From positions 54,275,926 through 54,339,925 of the forward strand of contig NC_057719.1 in NCBI RefSeq assembly GCF_004010195.1: DNA of 64,000 nucleotides. The letters run 5' to 3'. The stretch is from Chiloscyllium plagiosum (lineage: Eukaryota). Numbering within the stretch: position 1 is the first letter of the stretch; every line of letters begins with the position of its first letter. The translations under genes were made by a program, and so were the position numbers. The notes beneath the pieces were generated by a model. It made no database searches, was not told where the DNA came from, and saw only the letters and a list, made by a program, of their open reading frames with translations. Positions 1 through 13,702 of this stretch are shown here, piece by piece.

Positions 1-1374
1 TGGTCCTAAGCATTCCAGACTAGAGGATTTACTGTGAACTAAATAGAGCGACTGCTGTGTACAACACCTCCATTCTATCTATCAGCTTCCTATCTTTAAT
101 GCTGACTCAGAAGCAAAACTGAGTAAACTGGTGAATAAGACATACTGCTCTGACTCATCTTGTATAACACAAAATGGAGGTCCAGTACAACAGTACATTC
201 ATTTCCAGGTATCCCACCTTTCTTACTGGTTTTTCACTTTACTCTATCTTCAGCCTGCCACAGTGATCCAACAAAAGCTGAACACAAGCTCAAAAAAAAG
301 CACATTATTCATGAATCTTTGAACTCATCAGTGAGCTCAACATTCTCCGAAGATAACCTTTGTTCCCATTTTGTTACTTTTTTCCTTGTATGTTTCATTC
401 TCAATCTTATATTTCTCTAGATTTTTTTTTGTTTTCAAAGTGCAGCCGTTCAGTATTCTGTGGTCATATAATTTCTTTCTTCGCATGTCCCTATACCATT
501 CAAGTTTGCTCTGCTTCACCACTTTTTTGGTGAATTAGTATCTCCTGTTTTCTGCCAGATTACAAACCTTCTGTTTGATCGACTTGAAACTTAGTAAATT
601 TCTAACATTTTCAATTCTGACAGAAGACTTTCATTCTGAAACACTGAGTCAGATTTTTTGATTTTCTGCATTTTCGCCAGTTCTATTTTATAAAAGGGAG
701 GAGCTTTGTATTTCTGGAAGGAGGTTCAGGTTCGCACTCCTTCAGATATGCAGAGCCAAACATCTATTCTGATTGTTCTTTCATCTTGCAGAGTTATCTG
801 TGGATGGATGGTACCAGCTAGGTGTGTGTCAGATAGTTATGGAGAGTTGGATGCCAAGTAAGTAGGGTGCCAACTGCATGTGATGCCCAGGGAGTAGGCT
901 GCCAGCTGAGTAGGGTGACAAGTGGGTAGGATGCCAACTAAGAAACAGGAAGAGTGCTAAGTGCGTAAGGTTCCAGGGGGCAAAGTGACAGAGGGTTATG
1001 TAAAGGATGTAATATTTAGGGTAATTCAGAGTGGGTGGGAGGAATCAGGTTCAATGGAAGGGGTGCTGGAACAGAGGATGTTGGGTACTGGGTGAGGGAG
1101 AGATTAAAATGGACACTTACTGAGAGTTCCAGACATAGAGGAATTGGTCTGTGAAATCTTCAGTTTCCCGAGTAATTCCCTCAGAGTCTGTTACGCAAGG
1201 GATTCCACTGGCTTCCCATATGCAACCCTCATCTACAATGGAATAATGATTGTCAGGGCATTGGAAAATCCAGGCCCTTAACTTTGATTTTCTCTCCACA
1301 GAGTATTTTCATCTTTTTTTGTTTTAATCATGGGATTTACAATAACAGGCTTGTGACTTAATTGTTTTTGACTT

Positions 1375-1790
1375 TATGCCAGGGTTGGAGAGTTTGTGCT
1401 ATAGCGAGAGGCTGAGGGGTGACCTTATAGAGGTTTATAAAATCATGAAGGGCATGGATAGGATAAATAGACAAGGTCTTTTCCTTGGGTTGGGGAAATC
1501 CAAAACTAGAGGGCATAGGTGTAAGGTGAGAGGGAAAAGATTTAAAAGGTCCTAAAGGTCAACTATTCCTTACAAAGGTTAGTGCGTGCATGGAAAGGAC
1601 TGCCAAAGGAAGGTGTGATGGAACTTGTGCCAGTTAAAAGGCATCTGGATGGGTACATGAATAGGAAGGACTTAGAGAGGGCAAGTGATGGCAGGTGGGA
1701 CTAGATAGATTTAGGGTAGCTGGTCGGTGTGGACAAGTTGGAATGAAGGGTCTATTTCCGTGCTGTACATCTCTGTGACTCTATGACTGT
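1375..1790 (+). mobile_element. CR1 LINE 3' fragment
   Basis: RLRGDLIEVYKIMKG...TRGH coding remnant, 3'UTR and (ctatgact)-like tail. Confidence 0.85.
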
Positions 1791-2199
1791 GGAGCTTTTT
1801 GCTGCTGTATTTTCCAGTGCAATCCAAGAGTTATTCATTTTTATACACAAACATTTAACATGTCCCTAAATGCTGCCTGACTTGATTGTCTTTTGGTCCA
1901 TTGTGTGAGGCTAGTTCACATCCGACTCCATGGAAGTAACCCACATGGATATTCCAACAGAAAATTTCTACTGCACTTAAGAATCCTTCACTTTGGTTAG
2001 GAGATGTCTGATGGGTGTGAGTCAACATCTGGCTAAAGACTCACCCTCTCAGACGCAAATCAAATCTATAAAGATGAAATGCTGACAATGTGTTTCCTGG
2101 TTGTCAAAATTTTTCTTGAAACTCTGCGCCCCCACAACTCTTCAGGTTCTAAGTCCCTATACTTCTGGATTATTTTGCAATCAACCTGTTCAGGGATGC

Positions 2200-2280
2200 T
2201 ACACATCTGGAGCAGGTGGGACATGAACTCAGGTTGGCTTGGCTCAGAAGTAGAGACACTACCACTGCACCACAAGGGTC
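2200..2280 (-). mobile_element. tRNA-derived SINE head of another family
   Basis: Reverse complement cttgtggtgcagtggtagtgtc...gagttcatgtccc shows A/B boxes. Confidence 0.55.
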
Positions 2281-3655
2281 TTACTTCACTGTCACTGTCT
2301 CATCTGGTATTGGGAGCAACTATATCTCATTATTCTCAATCTAATTTACACTAATTACAAGTAGAGGATAAAACCAGGAAACTCAAGGAGCTAAAAGTCA
2401 TTGACCCTCTCTAATGAGGCCATTTAGAACACAGCAGACAGACTGTGAAAAATAGACCAAAAATATGAGGAATCAAGGGTAGTGGTTTTATGACAGAATA
2501 AAGCTGGAAACACATTCTTTCGATTAGCCTGCCACAGGAAATTAATTGCCCTGATTAAGAAGCAGAAACTCACCCAATACTGTTACAAAATTTACGTCTT
2601 ATAAATTATACCACGTAAAAATAACAAACATGCACACACATGAAATTACTCAACCTGCTATTTTAATAGAAACATGTTCCTATCTAAAGTAAGCAGTCAA
2701 ATCACTCCCTTAAAGTAGCAAAGTAATTCCATTTAAATGTAAGTATTCATATATTAACAACGAAATGGCAACCTTCAGGCTTATTATTATTCTTGATTCT
2801 AAGTCCCACGCTTGCTTTATTTCTGAAATTTTAATGTTGCTTGTTAATAAATTCACATTTATCATGCTCATAAAAAGTTGCAGAGAGTTCTTTCAGGATG
2901 GTAGAGGAATTGCTCTATGGAAAATCATCCATTCCTTGCATAATAGTTGAAGTATTTTGCATTGCTAACAGTTTTTGCAGATGCTCAAGAATCTTGCTCA
3001 GTTCAATAGTATGATGATGCCAATAGCCAATAATCTCGTTTTTATAACTTCAATGCTTTATGAAAGACAATTGATAAGTTGAACAAGTTCATAATTAATC
3101 AACTGAGCATCATTAGATACAGCGAAACTATTGAAATTATTATGAAAAGAATTGGAAGCAGCTGCAGCTTTTTCCATTCTTTATCAAATGTTGAAAGAGG
3201 TACGCATATCATTCGCTATCTTTCTGATATCCAAGGGAGCAACTGCAGCAATTTCTCCTCCTAGAATTGTCATTCTAGACTTGATTTGTTAGCCCTCTTT
3301 TCTGCATTATATATCCATTCAAAAGAAGCAGCAATTTCATTGTATTAGCTGCAACAAGACTGAATTTAATCCATTGACTAATGCCCTTCTAGTAAACTGC
3401 CACCAGGGATGGTACCTTGTTGTATTCTGGAAAGACAACAGTACAACTTCCATCAACCATATTTAGCAATATTACTTTTCCACTCATACAAAATATTCTA
3501 AGATCCTCTTACAAAAAGATTGTGACTGCAGTAAAATAGATTATTAAACACATGATATGGAGGCATTGGTGAAGATATTACAAATGGAGTCAAATTACGA
3601 AGATAAAACCAGGAATGCGAAGGTTATCATTTCAGGAAAGGATTGATAGATTTGA

Positions 3656-3957
3656 GATTAGATTAGTTACAGTGTAGAAACAGGCCCTTCAGCCCAACAA
3701 GTCCACACCGACGTGCAACCCAACCAAACCCATTCCCCTACATTTACCGTTTCACCGAACACGACGGGCGATTTAGCATGGCCAATTAACCAAACCTGCA
3801 CATTTTTTGGACCGTGGGAGGAAACCGGAGCACCCTGAGGAAACCCACGCAGACACAGGGAGAATGTGCAAACTCCACACAGTCAGTTGCCTGAGGCGGG
3901 AATTGAACCCAGATCTGTGAGGCAGCAGTGCTAACTACTGTGCCAGCGTGCCGTCCA
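3656..3957 (-). mobile_element. HE1-type tRNA-derived SINE
   Basis: Reverse complement has A box tggcacagtagttagc, B box gggttcaattcc, HE1 body and (taatc)n tail. Confidence 0.9.
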
Positions 3958-4519
3958 TGTTTGCTTTTCTCTTGGAAAAGACTGTCGTTGACCTCATGGA
4001 AATATTTTAAATTATCAATGGTTTTGCAAAAATGCATACGGAGAGAATGTTTCCTTTTATTTCAGGGGAGCATAACCAGTGAGTGTGAAGAGATGGCAGA
4101 CATCGAGAAATCCACGAAGGAATTCGGGAGATGCTTCTTTGCCCTTTCTACAAGCAAACGTATTAGATGCTTTGAAGGGGAAGCCAGAGAAGCAGTTAAG
4201 GAAGAAAAAGAGAAATAGCTAGAAATGTATTGGGTTAATATTTTGGGTTAACTCTGACTCTTCTCCACAGATGCTGTCAGACCTGCTGGGATTTTCCTCC
4301 AATGTCTGTTCTTGTTTCTGATTTACAGCATCCACAGTTCTTGTGGTTTTTATTTATGCAGTTAAGGAAGAGTGCACTAAATCATAGATTAAGACGAAAA
4401 AGGTTTGGAGAAGGCTTGACTGGAGCATGATCATTATAATGGATTGGTAAGGTCAATTGTCAGTTTCCGTATATCCTACATAAATGTTATGTATTATTAT
4501 ACTACTTTCCACTTTTTGT

Positions 4520-4730
4520 GGGTGGCACGGTGGCACAGTGGTTAGCACTGCTGCCTCACAGCGCCAGAGACCCGGGTNNNNNNNNNNNNNNNNNNNNNNN
4601 NNNNNNNNNNNNNNNNNNNNNNNNNNNNNNNNNNNNNNNNNNNNNNNNNNNNNNNNNNNNNNNNNNTTGTTGGGCCGAAGGGCCTGTTTCCACACTGTAA
4701 GTAATCTAATCTAATCTAAACTAATCTAAT
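4520..4730 (+). mobile_element. HE1-type SINE spanning an assembly gap (89 N, 4578-4666)
   Basis: ggcacggtggcacagtggttagc head and (taatc)n tail. Confidence 0.85.
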
Positions 4731-6699
4731 CAATAATACTATCACTGACATAAAAAGTATCACTTACAAACAATCTTTATAATAATCCTACAGCCCAGAT
4801 CTCCTGATCAGAATCTGAAAGGCTTGCAACACTAATTAGAGAGGAAAATATAAACTAGTTTCCTCTGATTTTTCTGAGTGATCTTCCAGTGGACGATTCT
4901 TCAAAACTGACTTAGTGCACAAAACCTCAGAGGAAGCAGCTTTTATAGTCCACGCAGATGCCACACGCTCCTTTTGCAGCACCAGTTATCGTATTTTGAA
5001 AAGTCTAGAGTTTAAATGTTTCAACTTTCTGTAGCACTTCAAACTTTCTTTAAAAAGCTACAGAGAAAAAAATAAGTCATAAAAAGGTAGGCTGACTGCT
5101 GAGTAGGGTATAAGGTAGCAGGTGGGTGAGGCGAGTTGGGGGGTCAGAAGTAGTTGGGTTGAGTCGTAAATGGACTCAGGTCAGGTTAGAACTAGCCAGG
5201 TTGGGCTGGGAAAGTTGGATAGAGAACTTGGGTCAGATTGGGTTGGGGGGTATAGTCGGTGGGATCAGGAGTTATTTTGGGAGTTGACGGAGAAGTCACA
5301 GGGGGCGCCATCAATGTTACTAATTGTAGGGAGTTCAGTTGTTTAGGAGTTGGACTAGGTTTCTTCCTGTTGGAACATTTCTTCAGTAATTACCCAGTAA
5401 GTCTCTAATGTCCAAAGTCTTTGACTCTAACTCAGAGGTGGACATTTGTTTAAAGGCCTTAAGAATCAAGGGAATTCTCCATCAGAAGTTCAACTGTCCA
5501 AGGCAATTCTTATGGAGTTCTTGCTTTGGGATGCCTGAAGGATCCAGTGGTGCACCTGGTGGGGAATATCCAGTCTCTGGTTACATGGAGATTGGAGGAT
5601 CTGGACCATCTGATTAATCGGATTATTTAACTTTACACAAGTAAGAAGTTACACAATGTGCAATTGACAATAATAAACAATGATTGCAAAAGTAGAAAAC
5701 TGAGTAACTGTTTTACTGCTGTTTCAGTGAGCTTGTCAAAGAATGGCAATAGTTGAAAAATACTATTGCTAAGAAAGTAGCAATTAAACTATTACAGTCA
5801 TAGTTGAATAGCTGGAAAGACTATGAGAGTGAATGAATGGAAGTCTAGATGTAGCACTGAAAGGAGTTTAAGGATCTCTTTAGGGCAGGAATGCAAATAA
5901 AAGCCCACACTCCCATTCCCCCCAACTCAATAACTCTTATCTTGCCTTCCTTCTGCAGCATTCCTTAAACCAATGTGCCATGCTATTCTAACCTCACCTC
6001 CCTCATACCCTCATCTGAATAGCCAATATTTGCATTCAGCTTCACCTTATTCCTCAGCTTTCACAATGACATTTCATAAATATGGCCATTCCATCCTCTC
6101 GACATGTTTTGCTCACTGCAAAAGAGAGTGCAGAATGCCAGGAATGGAGAGTCATCCAAGGTTGGGTCTCCTGCCGTCACTCCCCTAACTGTTGAGAAAG
6201 TAAGCAGACTCGAACTCAACAGATCCTTGGAATACATCGTCAATGGGATGGAGCGATACAGTCTCCCATCTTGCTGGTAATAAAGTTGTTGTGTTTATTT
6301 GTGCTGCAAGGTAAAGTATTTTTTGCACACACGCAAAGCAATTCTCAGATGCCATTCTCATTGCCAGATGCTGCTTTGCAAAACAAATTTGTTTGATAGA
6401 TTCTAACAATATTGCACATCCTTAACCAACCACAAGTCCTTGTATCCATTTTACTTACAATTTACCAACTATTTTCTTTGTAACACATATTTCTGATGAT
6501 TGTAATTATGAAAATATATCATCCCGTAATTTGAGTAAATGAGATTCCCAGATTCCGATGAACTAAGAACTGTGCAGGAGAAAGTGAGGTCTGCAGATGC
6601 TGGAGATCAAAATTGAAACTTTATTGCTGGAACAGCACAGCAGGTCAGGCAGCAAGAACTGATAATGGGTAAAATTAACGAAGAGGCAATAACACTATC

Positions 6700-9600
6700 A
6701 AATATAGGAGCAGAACTAGACCATTTGGCCCATCACATCTGCTCCACTATTTGATCATGGCTGATGTGTTTCTCAACACCATTCTGCTGTCTTCCTCCTG
6801 TAATCATTGATCCCCTTATCAATCAAGAATCTCACTATCTCTGTCTTAAACACACTCAATGACTTTGTGTTCATAGTCTGCCGCAGCAATGAGTTCCACA
6901 GATTCACCATCCTCTGGCTAAATAAATTCCACCTCAGCTCAGTTCTAAAGGGTCATCCCTTCTTTCTGAGGCTGTATCCCTGGGTCCTAGTCTCTACTAC
7001 GAGTGGAAACATTTTCTCTACATCCACTCAATCCAGGCCTCTCAATATTCTGTAAGTCTCAATCAGATTTCCCCCTCATCTTTCTAAACTCCATCTTGTA
7101 CAGACCCAGAATTCTCAACCACTCCTCATTTCACAAGCTCTTCATTCCCAGGGTCATTCTTGTAAATCTTCTCTGGACTCCATCCAAGATCACCACATCT
7201 TCCCTTAATATGGGGCCCAAAACTGCTCACAATAAAATAAATGCAGTCTAATCAGCGTCTTATACAGTCTCCACAGTACATCACTTGCTCTTGTATTCTA
7301 GCCATCTTGAAATGAATGCTTACATTGCATTTGCCTTCCAACTGCCAACTGAAACTGCATGTTAACCTTAAGAGAACCCTAAATTAGGATTCACAAGTCC
7401 TTTTGTGCTTCATATTTCCCAAAGCCTTTTCCATTTAGAAAATAATCTACACATTTATTCATCCCATTAAGATGCATAACCTGACAGTTTCCCACACTGT
7501 ATTCCATCTGCCACTTTTTTGCCCACTCTCCTAGCCTCAGAAAATCCTTCTGCAGCCTCCCCATTTCCTCAACATTACCTGTTCCTTCACTAAACTTTGT
7601 GTCATCTGCAAACTTAGCAACAATGCCCTCAATACCTTGTTCCAGATTGTTGAAGAGTAAGGTGAATAGCTGTGGTCCCAACATGGACCCCTGTGGAACT
7701 CCACTAGCCAATGACTACCATCATTAAAAAAAACCCTTTACCCTTACTCTCTGCCTTCTGCCAGCCAGCCAATCCTCTACCCATGCCAGTACCTTGCCCT
7801 AACACTGTGGACTTTTATCTTACTTAACATCCTCCGAAGTGGTGCCTTTCCAAAGACCTTCTGAAAAATCCAAGTACATCATGTCCACTGGCTCTCCTTT
7901 GTCTAATTTGCTCATTACCTCCTCAAAGAATTCTAAAGGATTTGTAAGGCATTACATCTCCTTGAGGAAGCTGTGCTAACTCAGCCCTATTTCACCATGT
8001 ACTTTCAAGTACAGCAAACTTTGTTTTAATTGGCACTCTCAATAAACAAGCAAAAATTATATACCTGAAAACCTGGACATTTACTGTATTATCACGATCT
8101 CTGTAGTGTCGGAGTTGTAAGTTGAGGGTGTGAATGAGAAGGTTCTCTGCTGGTAAGTTCTATTTAAGGCAAAATTGAATTATTATTTCAATGGTTTATG
8201 CTGCAAATAAAGTATAATTGTGATGTGTACACTCCCTGCACTATGTTTCTTTTACTAAGTGCATGAAATCTGCTTCATTACGCATCACCAAATCCAGAAT
8301 TGCCTGTTCCCTATTGGGCTCTACCACAAACTCCAAAAAATTATCTTTCAGACATCCCACATGTGATTCGCAGCACAGGAATCCGGGTTTGATTCCAACC
8401 TCGGGCAACTATCAGTGTGGAATTTTCATATTCTCCTTGTGCCTGCGTGATTCCCTCTGGGCACTTCAGTTTCCTCCCACAATCCAAATATATGCAGGTT
8501 AGGTGAATTGGTTAAGCTAAATTGCCTATAGTATTCAAGGATGTGGAGGTTAAGTGCACTAGTCAGGGGTAAATATAGAATAATGGGGGAAGGAAATAGG
8601 TCTGGGTGGATTACTCTTCGGAGTGTCAGTGTGGATTTGTTGGGCTGAAGGGCCTGTTTCCACACTGTACAGATTCTATGATTTTACATTGATTATGTGG
8701 ATTCTTGATCAACCAGCATGCTCCTGGTCACATAGATGCCGGTTAATAAAAGGTTTGCTGTATTCTGCAAGCTCATCCTTAATAATGGTCTCTAAAATCT
8801 TACCAAGCTAACCGGTCAAGCTAACCGGTTTATCATTTCCTGTCTTCTGTCTCCCTCCCTTTTTTAATAGCAAAGTTTCATTAGCCATCTTCCAGTTCTC
8901 AGGGAACCTCCTGATGGCAGTGATTCCTGAAATATCATCACCTAAGCCTCCACAATCTCCTCAGCTTAGTCCTCCAAAAAGCTGGGATGTAGTCCATCTT
9001 GTCCAGGTGATTTATCTACCTTTAGACCTGTCAGCAACCCTAGCACAATATCCTTAGTGATGGTCACTCTGACTTTTGATTTTCTTAATGCTCTGGTAAG
9101 CGACTGGTGTTCTTCCACCACGAAGACCGATGCAAAGTACCTATTAATTTCCACTGCCATTTCTTTGTTCCACATTACTGCCGGTCAAGCCTCATTTTCT
9201 AGTGGTCCAATGTCCAATCTTGCCTTTTTCTTAACTTGCAACTTAAATTCTTGCGATCTTCTTTCATATTACTAGCTAACTTACTCTCACAATACATTTT
9301 CCCGCCCTCATATTGCTTTTTTTTACGGTATCCTCTGCTGACTTTTAAAGATTTTCCAATCTTCTGGCTTCTCATTTATCTTTGCCACATTGTATATTTT
9401 TCCTTTTAGTTCTATGCTATCCCTGACCTCTCATGCTTGCCCTATCCTCCCTTTAGCGTGTTTCTTATTCCTGGGGATGAATTTCTGCTGTGCCTCCCTA
9501 GTTAGCCCCAGAAATTCCTACCATCGCTGCTCCACTATCTTCCTGTTAGGCTATCCTTCCAATCAATTCTGACTAACTCCTCTCTCACAATTTTGTAGTT

Positions 9601-11245
9601 ATCTTTCATCAGTGGTAATACCATTACATCTGTTTCCATCTTCCCCCTCTCAAACTGCAGGCGAATTCTATCATCGTATGGTCACTGGCCCTTAGGGGTT
9701 TCCTCACTTTTAGCTCCCTAATCAAGTCTGCTTCATTATACATCACCAGATCCAAAAGTGCCTGCTCCCTGTTGGGCTCTACCACAAACTTCAAAAATTT
9801 ATCCTTCAGACATTCCACAAATTCCTTTTCTTGGGATTCGCTACCAACATGATTTTCCCAGTCCAGCTGGATATTGAAGGCTTCCAGAATTATTGTAATA
9901 GTGCCTTTCTTACCTGTCTTTTCTATCCTGATTTATTTTTTTCCCTACATCCTGATCATTGCTCAGAGGCTTATGCACACCGCCCATCACGGACTTGCTC
10001 TTTTGTGCCTCTTCAACACTACTCAAACAGATTCTATGCCTTCTGACTTTATATCATTTCTTGCTATTGATTTTAGTTTATTGCTGAGTATCAAGACAAC
10101 CACGCCCCTCTCTGCCACTCTGCTTGTCATTTTGACAGGACATGTATCATTGGGTAATTAGTTCCCAGCCCTGAGCCCCTTGCAGTCACATCTCTGATAC
10201 CCAAAACATTGTACCTGCCAATTTCAATCTCCATTACAAGCTCATTTACCTTGTTTTACATACTGCGTGCATTCCAGTACAACACCATCAGTTCTGCATT
10301 GACTGCACCACCACCAGCCCCAACCCCCCTCTGCTGTCCCCACTTCTCATCATTTTCCCCTTATTTGCTATGCTTGACATTATGTTCCTGACCCCTTCCA
10401 TACTCTCTGTCCTAATACTTGTTCTGGAAAGTTTAAAAACCACTCCTCTACCCTCCTCCCTTTTATTCGATGATTTTCTGTTCAACTGAACAAACGCCCC
10501 ACTAATTAGTTTAAACCCCTATCCACAGCCCAAGTTATGCAGTTTGCCAGGATTCTGATCCCAGCACGATTTAGATGGAACCCATTGCATTGGAACAGCT
10601 CCCTCCTTCCAAAGTGCTGGTGCCAAAGTCCCATCAATTCAAACTCATATCTTTCACACCTGTAATAAACTTTGAACTACATGTGTACCTCTTTAATCTT
10701 GTTGACCCTGTGTCAATTACCTTGTTGTTCAGGTAGTAATCCAATGATTCTTATTTCTATTGCTTTTTCATTGAGCCTCAAGCTGCTCACATTCCCTCAG
10801 CAGAACATCTTTCCTCTACAGATATCGTTGGCACCTATGTAAACCACAATTGGATCTTTCCCCTCCCCATCCAAGTTCCCAAAGGAGATATCCTGAACTC
10901 AATCACCAGACAGGCAACACAGCCTTCTCAATCCTGACCACAGAGAACAGTGACTATTCCCCACTAGACTATCCTCAATTACAATTATATTTCTTTCTTC
11001 CCTCCCCCCCCAACTTTTGATTTGCTCCCTGTACCAAGATGTTATAATCAGTTTGCTCATCCTCCCTACAGCTCCCACTCTCATCCACAGAGAGAACAAA
11101 AATCTCAAACCTGTTAGACAAGCCCAATGACTGAGGCTCCTTCAACACTACCTCCTGGATCCCTCTATCTGCCTCAACGCATAGTCACACCCTCCTGTCT
11201 CTGATTACTGACTGAATTTGAGATTGTTAATCTAAGGGGTGGGAC
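6700..11245 (-). mobile_element. Older, fragmented near-full-length CR1 LINE
   Basis: Minus-strand ORFs: SGVPQGS..KFADDTK (7391-7711), KSPGQDGLHP (8966-9175), LLDLV..SDH (9624-9818), esterase-like IEDSLV (10899-11108). CR1 3'UTR at ~6700. Interrupted at ~8020-8760. Confidence 0.85.
8362..8683 (+). mobile_element. HE1-type SINE, 5'-eroded
   Basis: B-box remnant, HE1 body and gattctatgatt tail. Confidence 0.8.
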
Positions 11246-11248
11246 TAT

Positions 11249-11560
11249 GGGTGGGTGGCTCAGTGGTTAGCACTGCTGCCTCAGAGCGCCATGTATCTGG
11301 GTTCGATTCCTCCCTCAGGTGACTGTCAGTATGGAGTTTGTATGTTCTCCCTATGTTTGAATGAGTTTCCTCTGGGTGCTCCAGTTTCCTCCCATGGTCC
11401 AAAGATGTGCAGGCTAGGTGGATTGGCCTGATGAATTGTCCATAGTGGCCAAGAATGGTGTGTAGGCCAAATGGATTAGCCATGGGATTACGAGCATAGG
11501 GTATGTTATGGTTCTGGGTGGATGCTCTTCGGAGGGTTGTTGCAGACTCGATGGGCTGAA
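11249..11560 (+). mobile_element. HE1-type SINE, 3' end cut by the adjacent Penelope fragment
   Basis: tggctcagtggttagc A box, ggttcgattcc B box and HE1 body. Confidence 0.85.
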
Positions 11561-12051
11561 TCGAGGGTGTGCTGCTAGAAAATCACAGCAGATCAGGCAG
11601 CATCCGAGGAGGAGGAGAACTGATGTTTCGGTTGTAAGCCCTTCATCAGGAAAGAATGGGGCAGGCGGCTGAGAGATAAATGGGAGTGGGGGTTGGGCTG
11701 GGGAGAAAGTAGCTGGGAATGTGATAGGTTGATGAAGGTGGGGGTGAGAGTGATAGGTCAGAGAGGAAGGTGGATCGGGTAGATGGGAAGGAAGATGGAC
11801 AAGTAAAGAGGGCGTGCCGAGTTGGAGGTTTCGGACTGTGATAAGGTGGGGGAGGGGAAATTAGGAAACTGGCAAAATCCACGTTGATCCCGTGTGGTTG
11901 GATGGTGCCAAGGCGGAAGATGAGACGTTCTTCTTCCAGGCGTCGGATGGTTACGGTTTGCGATCGAGGAGGCCCGGGACCTACATGTCTTTGGCAGAGA
12001 GGGAGGGGAAGTTGAAGTGTTCAGCTATGAGGTGGTGAGGTTGATCGGTGC
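11561..12051 (-). mobile_element. Penelope-like element 3' fragment: GIY-YIG endonuclease C-terminus, pyrimidine-rich UTR and hammerhead-bearing end
   Basis: Minus strand reads ..AEHFNFPS..RRLEEERLIFRLGTIQPHGINVDF, followed by ctgatgaagggc..accgaaacatc at 11622-11649. Confidence 0.8.
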
Positions 12052-13139
12052 TGGGATACCCGCACCAAACAACCTCACCGCCCCGTGGCTGAATGGGACA
12101 GCGGCACCAACCAACCTCACTACTGCCCTGTGGCTGAATGGGACACCTGCACCAACCAACCCCACCGCCTCATGGCTGAATGGGATGCCTGCACCAACCA
12201 ATCCCACTGCCCTGTGACTGAATGGGACACCTTGACCAACCAATTCCACCACCCCATGGCTGAATGGGACACCTGCACCAACCAAGAGGGAGGGGAAGTT
12301 GAAGTGTTCAGCTATGAGGTGGTGGGGTTGATCGGTGCTGGGATACCCGCACCAAACAACCTCACCGTCCCGTGGCTGAATGGGACAGTGGCACCAACCA
12401 ACCTCACTACTGCCCTGTGGCTGAATGGGACACCTGCACCAACCAACCCCACCGCCTCATGGCTGAATGTGATGCCTGCACCAACCAATCCCACTGCCCT
12501 GTGACTGAATGGGACACCTTGACCAACCAACTCCACCACCCCATGGCTGAATGGGACACCTTCACCAACCAACCCCACCACCCCATGGCTGAATGGGACA
12601 CCTGCACCAACCAATCCCACTGCCCTGTGACTGAATGGGACATCTGCACCAACCAATCCCACTGCCCTGTGACTGAATGGGACACCCGCTCCAACCAACC
12701 CTACTGCCCCATGGCTGAATGGGACACCTGCACTAACCAATCCCACTGCCCTGTGACTGAATGGGACACCCGCCCCAACCAACCCAACTGCCCCATGGCT
12801 GATTGGGACACCTGCACCAACCAATCCCACTGCCCTGTGACTGAATGGGACACCTGCACCAACCAATCCCACTGCCTCACGGCTGAATGGGACACCCGCA
12901 CCAACCAACCTCACCGCCCTGTTACAGAATAGGACACCCACATCAACCAACCCCACCGCCCTGTTACAGAATGGGACACCCACACCAACCAACCTCACCG
13001 CCCTGTTACAGAATGGGACACCCACACCAACCAGCCCCACCGCCCTGTTACAGAATGGGACACCCACACCAACCAACCCCACCGCTCGTGGCTGAATGGT
13101 ACACCCACACCAACCAAACCCACCAACCCGTGGCTGAAC
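12052..13139 (+). repeat. 42-bp minisatellite (~24-25 units) with a 287-bp higher-order duplication
   Basis: Unit ~tgggacacctgcaccaaccaaccccaccgccctgtggctgaa. Segment 11998-12284 is repeated from 12285. Confidence 0.95.
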
Positions 13140-13531
13140 ACTTCAACTTCCTCTCCCACTGCACCAGTCTCAGTGTGAATGTGACCTCTCCTTCTGAACT
13201 GTGCTAAACATACTGATCAACACTTACTGATTGAAACTTATTTATCATAGAATACTTATACTTGTTGAATTTAACGTCAGCAGCTACCAAATGTGATGAT
13301 CTGTACATTGACAGCTTTGAACCCTTGTTCTATGTCATTTATAATTCATATCCTTCATCTTCCAAAGATACTTCAGATGTCCCTCAGGAGAGGGATGACG
13401 ACTCCTCAAAGGAGATCAGTTCTTCTGAAGAAGCACTATCATGTGATTTATGCACTTTCTCCATCAATTCTCATAGAAACATCTCAGAGGTATCTCCAAG
13501 GCAGACAGCTAAGTTGTCACATGGTTAACCC

Positions 13532-13702
13532 AGGAGAAAGTATGGACTGCAGATGCTGGAGATCAGTGTTGAGAGTGTGGTGCTGGAAAAGCACAGCAGG
13601 TCAGGTAGCATCCGAGGAGCAGGAGAATGGACGTTTTGGGCATAAGCTCTTCAGAGCTTTTGCCCGAAATGTCGATTCTCCTTCTCCTCAGATGCTGCCT
13701 GA
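13532..13702. mobile_element. Palindromic Penelope-terminus element, older copy
   Basis: Same family as 41111; inverted arms around ctcttcagag; acatggt flanks. Confidence 0.75.

Noticed and set aside
12312..13082. 256-aa Gly/Val/Ala-rich ORF and the overlapping plus-strand repeat ORFs as structural proteins
   Set aside because: They are by-products of a 42-bp (multiple of 3) tandem repeat that is open in several frames; no splice or promoter support.
12052..13139. CRISPR-like regular array
   Set aside because: Units are contiguous near-identical 42-mers with no unique spacers, there are no cas genes, and the context is eukaryotic.
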